In this document: positions 47,342-56,364 of the stretch, piece by piece
How positions within the stretch are numbered: position 1 is the stretch's first letter
How the letters are laid out: every line of letters begins with the position of its first letter
Origin: Candidatus Heimdallarchaeota archaeon
Lineage (GTDB): Archaea; Asgardarchaeota; Heimdallarchaeia; Heimdallarchaeales; Heimdallarchaeaceae
Reading direction: 5' to 3'
Length of the DNA stretch: 64,000 bases
NCBI GenBank assembly: GCA_021399345.1
Contig: JAAFKI010000112.1
Span: forward strand, 1 to 64,000
Translations under genes and position numbers: made by a program
Notes under the pieces: model-generated
Told to the model about the DNA's origin: nothing
What the model saw: the letters and a program-made list of their open reading frames with translations, nothing else
Databases searched by the model: none

Positions 47342-48349
47342 ATGTCATTAAAAGGATTCATAATTAGAAGAACCATATATATTGTCCCAGTTATGCTTGG
47401 AATTACTTTGATGAATTTCACGCTTATCAATGTCAGTCCCGGTGATCCCGTAGTCGTCAGACTTGGGTTAATTCATTGTGATAATGACGACTGTTATAAT
47501 GCAGCATACAATGGCGAAGCAATCGAAATGGGGCTTTTAGATAGCGATTTTTACACCGTTCCATGGTTTAATCGATATGTAGATTTTGTTAATGATTTGC
47601 TTCATTTTGACCTAGGGAATTCGTGGTACTATACGCAGGCGGGTGAAGGTGTACCTATATCGCAGATTATATCAGAACGAGCTATATATACAGTTGTACT
47701 AAATGTGCTCTCGTTCTTCTTCTCGTTATTACTCGCAACAGCAATAGGTGTAGTATCAGCAACACGTCAAAACTCTTTCTGGGATAGGTCGTTAACGGTC
47801 GCAATGCTACTAGGGTATTCAATGCCTCTGTTCTGGCTAGCTAAGCTCCTGATGTTACTATCATTTCAATTATTCAATTTTACAGGAGTAGCCAATAAGG
47901 ATGCATTCAGGAAACCACTGTTTTTGAATCCAAACTTCTATAAATATCTAATATTGCCAACTATAGCGTTAACACTAGGTGGACTGGTATTTATGGCAAG
48001 ATTGGTAAGATCACAATTACTAGAGATTCTAAGACAAGATTATATAACAACAGCGAAAGCAAAAGGACTGGATAACAGAGCAGTAATTTACAAGCACGCA
48101 TTCAGAAATGGATTGCTACCAATCGTTACAATAATTGGTAACTCCCTACCAGGATTACTAGCAGGGTCAGTAATGATTGAAGCAGTATTTGGATGGCCAG
48201 GACTTGGTACAGTCTTCCTAGAAGGAGCTCTATTTAGAGATTATCCGATGATGATGGCTACGAACACGATCTTTCCGTTGCTCTTCTTAGTGGCGCGTTT
48301 ACTTACGGATATCACGTACGTTTTCATCGACCCGAGGATTAGATACTAA
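47342..48349 (+). CDS. dppB: Oligopeptide/dipeptide ABC permease DppB/OppB
   Basis: PGDP, DLGNS, QDYITTAKAKGL...VI.KHA.RN, DPRIRY. Confidence 0.92.
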   Translation: MSLKGFIIRRTIYIVPVMLGITLMNFTLINVSPGDPVVVRLGLIHCDNDDCYNAAYNGEAIEMGLLDSDFYTVPWFNRYVDFVNDLLHFDLGNSWYYTQAGEGVPISQIISERAIYTVVLNVLSFFFSLLLATAIGVVSATRQNSFWDRSLTVAMLLGYSMPLFWLAKLLMLLSFQLFNFTGVANKDAFRKPLFLNPNFYKYLILPTIALTLGGLVFMARLVRSQLLEILRQDYITTAKAKGLDNRAVIYKHAFRNGLLPIVTIIGNSLPGLLAGSVMIEAVFGWPGLGTVFLEGALFRDYPMMMATNTIFPLLFLVARLLTDITYVFIDPRIRY

Positions 48350-48363
48350 GGTGTGATTTACAT

Positions 48364-49425
48364 ATGGCAACAGCAGAACACGAACAATCTACTGAATTTC
48401 TGTTAGATGAAAAAACTCTTCGAGAAATCGAAACCATGAAAGGAGCTGGTCAATGGTCTATTGTCTGGCGACGTATTAAGAAAGACAAGATGGGTATGCT
48501 TGGTCTTTACATCGTCATTTTCCTTATCTTAATGGCTTTCGCATCTTGGATTTTACTCGGGTTTGACAACTGGCTTACTAGTCAAGGTGCTCTCCTTGGA
48601 GATCCCTCTAATCCAGCCAGTCTGAATAACCTCTATATTGAACTATGGTTACCGGGAATGCCGGCGGAGAGTCCTCTTGTATTATTCCAACACCCCCGAT
48701 ACCATTTCCCTGAATTAGCTAAGCTTCCCCCATCATTTGCACATCCTTTTGGTACTGATGGAATTGGTCACGATATGGTATCACGTATTTTCTTTGGAGC
48801 AACTGTCTCCTTAGCTCTTGGTTTCATTGGTCAAATGACCACAGTTATCATTGGTACATTTTTAGGATCAATTGCGGGATTCTATGGTGGATTTATTGAT
48901 GAAGTCCTACAAAGGATTATCGAAATTCTTTACTCAATGCCAGGCTTCATACTGATGATATTCATTATAGTGCTCTTTGAGGATGTGAATATACCGGGAG
49001 GTAGGTACGCGGTAGTGGTAATATTCTTTTCACTCATCGGGTGGGGCGGAACAGCTCTCATCGTAAGGTCAAACTTCTTCTCGTTGAAGCAACAAGACTT
49101 CGTTGAAGCGGAACGTGCGCTCGGTGCGAGTGATATGAGAATTATTTTCAAGCATATCCTACCGAACTCGTTGGCACCACTAATCATCATCGTAACGCTA
49201 GGGATTGCAAACACAATATTCCTATTTGCAGCTTTAGCATTCTTCGGTTTCGGAGACCCTAACGCTGTTTCGTGGGGTGATGATTTAAATAAATGGCAGA
49301 ACGATTTACTCGATTATCCATGGATGCCGATGTTTCCAGCGCTATTTATTTTCTTCACGGTACTGGGTTTCAACCTCTTAGGTGACGCTTTAAGGGATGC
49401 TCTCGATCCAAGACTGAAGGATTAA
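48364..49425 (+). CDS. dppC: Oligopeptide/dipeptide ABC permease DppC/OppC
   Basis: HPFGTD..GHD, FVEAERALGAS...IIFKHILPN, GDALRDALDPR. Confidence 0.92.
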   Translation: MATAEHEQSTEFLLDEKTLREIETMKGAGQWSIVWRRIKKDKMGMLGLYIVIFLILMAFASWILLGFDNWLTSQGALLGDPSNPASLNNLYIELWLPGMPAESPLVLFQHPRYHFPELAKLPPSFAHPFGTDGIGHDMVSRIFFGATVSLALGFIGQMTTVIIGTFLGSIAGFYGGFIDEVLQRIIEILYSMPGFILMIFIIVLFEDVNIPGGRYAVVVIFFSLIGWGGTALIVRSNFFSLKQQDFVEAERALGASDMRIIFKHILPNSLAPLIIIVTLGIANTIFLFAALAFFGFGDPNAVSWGDDLNKWQNDLLDYPWMPMFPALFIFFTVLGFNLLGDALRDALDPRLKD

Positions 49426-49521
49426 TACCTTCTTTCAATTCTTTTTTATTTTTCTTTGTTTTTCAGATTACCTTTTGATAGTAGGTTCATTGATTTTCAG
49501 AGAAATTTTAATTATCAAGGA

Positions 49522-49596
49522 ATTTCTTGGGGTGATGATTTGAATAAGCGACACAATATTAATTTAGACGCCCTCCGGGTTCTGTTCTCAGTTTAA
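49522..49596 (+). pseudogene. Decayed duplicate of a dppC 3' segment
   Basis: 49523-49547 matches dppC 49268-49292 at 23/25 nt (both differences synonymous); reads ISWGDDLNK, then decays to a stop. Confidence 0.7.
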
Positions 49597-49746
49597 AACA
49601 CGTGCTTTCAAAGTCTTTTTTTATTTATTTTCATGCAAATAAACGGCAATTTTTTTTTTCATCCTTTATTAATCAAAGTTGTCATTATCTTTTTGATGTG
49701 CCTTGTCTGTTGCACGTCAGAGTCAAAAATCTTGTAGATTGGGTGA

Positions 49747-49818
49747 AGATGGGAGGGAGACTCACCATCTATTGCAAGATGAAGAACTAGTTCTTCCTCT
49801 CCAGTTCTTCCTCTCCAG
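49747..49818. repeat. Hairpin, perfect 16-bp palindrome and 14-bp tandem repeat
   Basis: AGATGGGAG/CTCACCATCT stem (49747-49770); GAAGAACTAGTTCTTC (49781-49796); AGTTCTTCCTCTCC twice (49789-49816). Confidence 0.75.
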
Positions 49819-49888
49819 CTGTAACCTAGCTGCACAAAAATTCTATTGAGTATTTAAATCAAATTCTATATATATTATCGAGGAAAAA

Positions 49889-50677
49889 ATGACTACTATC
49901 GTCGACTCAGTGCACTTACAACCCCTTGAAAAGACTATCCGTGAATTGCAAACCCCACTCTTTCTAATTAATGGTAAAATGGAGCGCATAGATTGGAGCC
50001 AAGACCTACGCCATATCTTCAGATTTATTGAAATTATTTCTGATTTAGCCAAAAGATCTATACCTGAAACTATCTTTGCGGAAGCATTCATCCAATTCCA
50101 ATATCTAAGTGATTTATTGCTTGAAAGTCACTCTGGTGACAATAGCTTCAACAACGATGATATGTTAGCTTATTTTCTTGCTCTTCTTGATAATACCTTA
50201 GCTTATTATGGTAGAGAATTACAACAGAAATTGTTGCACAGAATCTTACGATTTTGGGGTGTTGACAGAGACATAGGTGTTTACACTAGAAAAGTCACAC
50301 AAGCAAAAAAAATTCTAGAAAATGCCAAATTATTGCGCAATGATAGCGAAAACGTTACTGATGAGCTGCATGCAAAAGTCAATCTCCTAGCAAAATACTT
50401 GAAACAGATTCTCCCGCAAGCTACTGAGGAGCTAGATGTAGTGTTGGAAGAAATCACTGGACTTATCCGAAAGAAAATTATTCCATTTGCAAGTATAAGT
50501 AATGCTGCACTAACGATGATAGTAGCTTTTTTCCCGTTCTATTTAAACTATCCAGCAGTGAAACTTTATATCATGCTTCACCTGCAAAAGGAATTAAATG
50601 TACACCTCCCAACATTAAGAAAAGATGTAATAAGATTTAGAAAAAAACTACAAAAAGCTGGTATTCCAAAAAAATGA
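49889..50677 (+). CDS. Hypothetical helical protein, possibly a divergent TFB/cyclin fold
   Basis: IFRFIEII..L...IPETIFAEA and LQKELNVHLPTLRK resemble TFIIB cyclin repeats; no Zn ribbon. Confidence 0.45.
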   Translation: MTTIVDSVHLQPLEKTIRELQTPLFLINGKMERIDWSQDLRHIFRFIEIISDLAKRSIPETIFAEAFIQFQYLSDLLLESHSGDNSFNNDDMLAYFLALLDNTLAYYGRELQQKLLHRILRFWGVDRDIGVYTRKVTQAKKILENAKLLRNDSENVTDELHAKVNLLAKYLKQILPQATEELDVVLEEITGLIRKKIIPFASISNAALTMIVAFFPFYLNYPAVKLYIMLHLQKELNVHLPTLRKDVIRFRKKLQKAGIPKK

Positions 50678-50880
50678 ACAATTCTTGACATTCTTTTTGT
50701 TTTCATCATCTAGTAGAAACTTCTTCTAAACACATTTCTGGATGTTTTTACTCAGCTAGTGGATATATTTTAATAGGCTCCCGAAATCTTGAGTAAAAAT
50801 AGGCAAACTTATAAAAGTTAGAATAACAAAATCAACCAAGTAATTTAAGATTATTAGCTAATAATATAAAAAGTGATTTT

Positions 50881-51951
50881 ATGAGTAGACCATCAGAAGA
50901 TGTATTGTTGGAGATAAACGGGCTCAAAACATATTTCTTCACTGAAGAGGGTGTAGTTAAAGCAATAGAATCAGTTGATCTTGAGGTATATAAGTCAGAA
51001 ACTCTTGGACTAGTAGGTGAGTCAGGATCAGGCAAATCAGTTACAGCTTTATCTATATTAGGTATTGTCCCAGATCCGCCAGGTAAGATACTTGGTGGAG
51101 AGGTAATTTTCCACGGACAAGATCTTCGCAAACTTAGTGATTCAGATATGCGTAAAATAAGAGGGAACCAGATAGCAATGATTTTCCAGGACCCAATGAC
51201 ATCTCTAAATCCCGTCTTCACAGTAGGAGACCAAATTAGCGAAGCTATTATGCTACACCAAAAAGTTACAAAGAAAGAAGCAAAAGAGAAGGCAATTAAA
51301 ATCATGTCTCTTGTAGGTATTCCAAGTGCAGATGAACGTGTAGACAACTATCCCTTTGAGTTCTCAGGCGGAATGCGTCAACGTGTAATGATTGCGATGA
51401 GTTTAAGTTGTAATCCTGAACTCTTGATTGCTGACGAACCTTCAACTAGTTTAGATGTTACCATTCAAGCTCAAATCCTTGAATTGCTCAAAGCTACAAG
51501 TGAAGAGTTCGACATGAGTATCATACTTATCACACACGATATGGGTGTTATTGCCGAGATGTGCGATAGAGTTGCTGTCATGTATGCCGGGTTTATTTGT
51601 GAAATTGGTGATATCATGATTATCTTCAAATCCCCTTATCATCCTTATACTCGTGGTTTATTAGGTGCGATTCCTCGTCCTGATGCAGCTCGTGATGATT
51701 TACAGATTATTCGCGGAGCTATCCCCAATCTTATCAATCCTCCATCTGCTTGTCGATTCCACCCACGTTGTGATTATCACATGTTGGGTCTTTGTGAAAG
51801 TGTCGTACCAGAATTAGTTGAAATAGAACCTGGACATTCAGTTCGATGCCATCTTTATTCTAACGAAGGTAAAGCTTGGATGGCTGAAAAAGGAGATAAA
51901 CGCGTTATTGGTACTGTACCAAAAAGTATTGTAGATGAGGTGACAAAATGA
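50881..51951 (+). CDS. dppD: Oligopeptide ABC ATPase DppD/OppD
   Basis: GESGSGKS, FSGGMRQR, IADEP, HPYT, C.FHPRC...C...H.VRCH. Confidence 0.94.
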   Translation: MSRPSEDVLLEINGLKTYFFTEEGVVKAIESVDLEVYKSETLGLVGESGSGKSVTALSILGIVPDPPGKILGGEVIFHGQDLRKLSDSDMRKIRGNQIAMIFQDPMTSLNPVFTVGDQISEAIMLHQKVTKKEAKEKAIKIMSLVGIPSADERVDNYPFEFSGGMRQRVMIAMSLSCNPELLIADEPSTSLDVTIQAQILELLKATSEEFDMSIILITHDMGVIAEMCDRVAVMYAGFICEIGDIMIIFKSPYHPYTRGLLGAIPRPDAARDDLQIIRGAIPNLINPPSACRFHPRCDYHMLGLCESVVPELVEIEPGHSVRCHLYSNEGKAWMAEKGDKRVIGTVPKSIVDEVTK

Positions 51952-53171
51952 GTAGTGCAGATTCTTTTATTGATAAACTTCAAGAAAAACAACAGAAAAG
52001 GGGTTTACTTGCAGATCGTATTCGAACTAAGGAAATGGGAGAAGACGTCATTCTGGAAATAGAAAATCTAAAGAAATTCTTCGATATTCCAGTTCCCTTT
52101 GAAACTACATGGTTTATGATAGCTTTCGTAGCAGCAATCGTAGTATTTGCTTTTGAACAAATAATTGGACTCAGTATTATTGGAGCTATTATTGTTCTCT
52201 ACTTTGCTTTACCATATATTCCTCCTTTCAATAAGCGACCTCGAGTAGCGCATCTGAAAGCTGTTGATGGTATTTCCATTCAGATTAAAAAAGGAAAGAT
52301 TGTTGGTTTAGTTGGTGAATCTGGTTGCGGAAAAAGTACAGCCGCAAAAACAATCATAAGATTACACGAACCTACTGAAGGGGCGGTTTATTTCAAAGGT
52401 ATTGACATCAATCGTCTAACTTCCGATGAAATGAAGGAGATTCGAAGACATTTACAGATAGTATTTCAAGATCCTTATGCTTCATTGAATCCAAGAGCTA
52501 CAGCACATGATATTATTATCGAACCATTTGACATACATGGAGTTGCATCTGGTGATGAAGCTAGTTATAGAGTTTTAACTCTTCTAAAGGATGTAGGTCT
52601 TGCCCCTCACCATGCATACCGTTATCCTCACGAATTCAGTGGCGGACAACGTCAAAGACTAGGTATTGCTAGAGCTTTAGCATTGGAGCCTGATTTTATC
52701 GTCATGGATGAACCTGTATCTAACCTTGATGTATCAGTCCGTGCAGCTATTATCCAGCTGATTTTACATTTGCAGAAAAAAATGGGATTAACCTATCTCT
52801 TTATTGCTCACGATCTTTCACTCGTTAAGATTCTTTGTGATGAAGTAAACGTCATGTATCTCGGTAAAATCATGGAAGCAGGAACCAGTGATGAAATCTT
52901 TGAAGCAATGATGCATCCTTATACTAAAGCCTTGATTTCAGCAGTACCAATAGCTGATCCTACAAAACGCTCAAAGAAAATCTTCTTGACTGGAGATATT
53001 CCAACTCCTATTAATCCTCCTCCAGGTTGCAAATTCCAAACACGCTGTCCTCTAGTATCGGATGTTTGCCGTGTTGAAGATCCACCAGCCAAATGGTATA
53101 CTGCCTCTCATGTTGCATATTGCCACAATATTGAAGGTGGAGAAGATAGCCCTGATTCATATATTCAGTGA
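51948..53171 (+). CDS. dppF: Oligopeptide ABC ATPase DppF/OppF with inserted hydrophobic hairpin
   Basis: GESGCGKS, FSGGQRQR, DEP, HPYT, GCKFQTRCP; 34-residue hydrophobic segment before KAVDG. Confidence 0.92.
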   Translation: MSSADSFIDKLQEKQQKRGLLADRIRTKEMGEDVILEIENLKKFFDIPVPFETTWFMIAFVAAIVVFAFEQIIGLSIIGAIIVLYFALPYIPPFNKRPRVAHLKAVDGISIQIKKGKIVGLVGESGCGKSTAAKTIIRLHEPTEGAVYFKGIDINRLTSDEMKEIRRHLQIVFQDPYASLNPRATAHDIIIEPFDIHGVASGDEASYRVLTLLKDVGLAPHHAYRYPHEFSGGQRQRLGIARALALEPDFIVMDEPVSNLDVSVRAAIIQLILHLQKKMGLTYLFIAHDLSLVKILCDEVNVMYLGKIMEAGTSDEIFEAMMHPYTKALISAVPIADPTKRSKKIFLTGDIPTPINPPPGCKFQTRCPLVSDVCRVEDPPAKWYTASHVAYCHNIEGGEDSPDSYIQ

Positions 53172-53287
53172 GCTTTTTCCTTTCTCTCTTTTTCTTTTGT
53201 CATTTAAACTTTAACAAGATTTATTTAGCTAGGTAATGGTGTATTATTTGTTATTGTTTACACAGATTAGTAATGTGAGGAAATAAA

Positions 53288-54040
53288 ATGAGTAGAGTAA
53301 ATCTTGAATCAGCTAAAAACAATATTGAAAGGCTAGCTGCAAACCTCGACGAATTACAACAGGTTTTAACTAGCAAAAAAGAAGAGATTAACGGGAAGAT
53401 TAGAGAAATTATGGAAGTACTTTCCTCCTTCTTTAAAGAAGCTGATGATATCAATCAAACTATTAATTCAGGAGAAGAAAAGAAAAATCAAAGCTCGAAT
53501 CAATTGGATCAACTCAATAATGAATTACAGGAGCTAAATCATAGAAAAGATATTCTTCAGTCTGAAATCACCAGCAAACAAAGAGATATTGAACAGCTTT
53601 CAGCTTTAATTCTGGAAAGAGAAAAAACTAGTACGGAAGTTATTCTTCAAGTTGATTCCTTAAAAGAAAGAGTTGCGGACTTAAAACGCAAAATCGAAGA
53701 ATTTGATGTTTTAACAGATGCATTAAATGAAGAAACCAAAGAACAAACAAGAACTAGAGAAATTAAAAACGTCGACCTTGAAAATAATTTTAATCGAATA
53801 CTTTCCCGTTCTAAATCTTTACAATATTTAGTGAAAAATGATATTGTTACTTTGCCAGAAATACAGGTTTTACGTAGTTTGAATACACCTGGGGTAGATA
53901 ATGCTGAAAATCTTAAGAAAACCTCTGGTGTTTCTGATGACATTATTCGTAAAATTCTGCAAGACTTAGCTCGAAGAGAAATTATTGAATACGATCCTAC
54001 CTCTGGAAAGTTCAAAGTGCTCTCAAGGATTGATATTTAG
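53288..54040 (+). CDS. Long coiled coil plus C-terminal winged helix (paralog A)
   Basis: About 180 aa of heptads, then PE.QVL...LKK.SGVS...IRKILQDL..REIIEYD...GKFKV. Confidence 0.75.
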   Translation: MSRVNLESAKNNIERLAANLDELQQVLTSKKEEINGKIREIMEVLSSFFKEADDINQTINSGEEKKNQSSNQLDQLNNELQELNHRKDILQSEITSKQRDIEQLSALILEREKTSTEVILQVDSLKERVADLKRKIEEFDVLTDALNEETKEQTRTREIKNVDLENNFNRILSRSKSLQYLVKNDIVTLPEIQVLRSLNTPGVDNAENLKKTSGVSDDIIRKILQDLARREIIEYDPTSGKFKVLSRIDI

Positions 54041-54802
54041 GTGATTATGATGTCAGAAGAAAAATTAACAAACTTACTTGAAGAGATTAAGAGAGATGTT
54101 GAGGAATTATCCTCTCGTGTTTCAGCTACTATTTCAACATCTAAAGTGACAATAGATTCTACAAAAGATGATGTTAGAGTCATCCCAGACTATATTGATT
54201 CATTAAAAAATTCTTTGCTTGGATTGAAGGAGAACAACGAACAACTAGAAGAGAAGGATATGCATACGCAACAATCAATTGAGACTACCACAACTGAAAT
54301 AGAAATCAATGTTGTTAAGAAAAGTGAACTGGAATCTACAGAAAATAGTAAAAGACAATACAAAGAAGAAATTGAGCACAAAATTATTGATTTTCAACAG
54401 AAGATTAGTCAACTGGAATCAGAACATAACCAATTAAGTTCTGATGTCAAAGGTAAAGAACTGATTTATACTCAACTTCAAACTCAATCTAAGGAAACTA
54501 TTGAAACATTGGATCAAAAAATAGCTGAAGCAACTGCTAGGTTGGCACAAGTAGAAGATGAAAATAAACTGATTGTGTATCTGATGGATGCTGGTCTAAT
54601 GGATGTTCCTGAAGCAGAGGTTGTTGCAACAATCGCATCTCGTCCTGAAGGTCTTAAGCTAGCTGAGATTAAGGAAAAAGTCAATATGCCACCTGTTAGA
54701 GTTCAACCTACAATCAATAATTTGTTGGAATCTGTTATAGAATATGACACAATGAGTGATTCTTACAAAATACTTGATATTATAAAGAAAGAACTAGAAT
54801 AA
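54041..54802 (+). CDS. Long coiled coil plus C-terminal winged helix (paralog B)
   Basis: Abuts paralog A; PE.EVV...L.EIKEKVNM...VQPTINNL..VIEYD..SDSYKI. Confidence 0.75.
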   Translation: MIMMSEEKLTNLLEEIKRDVEELSSRVSATISTSKVTIDSTKDDVRVIPDYIDSLKNSLLGLKENNEQLEEKDMHTQQSIETTTTEIEINVVKKSELESTENSKRQYKEEIEHKIIDFQQKISQLESEHNQLSSDVKGKELIYTQLQTQSKETIETLDQKIAEATARLAQVEDENKLIVYLMDAGLMDVPEAEVVATIASRPEGLKLAEIKEKVNMPPVRVQPTINNLLESVIEYDTMSDSYKILDIIKKELE

Positions 54803-54952
54803 GAATAAGTTTTTTAATCTATTTTTTTCTTTAATTTTTTTAAGCCTCTAGTTAAACATGTACTCAACTTCCCGTATTCTTGTGAATTTATAATACGTAA
54901 TTTTACAGTTATATCACAATGGTTTTAAATAAAATTTAGATTAGCAAATTAA

Positions 54953-56326
<1,374 letters not shown>

Positions 56327-56336
56327 TAATTATTTT

Positions 56337-56355
56337 TCGATGGATTATCCATCGA
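56337..56355. terminator. Perfect inverted repeat between convergent genes
   Basis: TCGATGGAT-T-ATCCATCGA flanked by A/T tracts. Confidence 0.65.
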
Positions 56356-56364
56356 TAATTTTTC

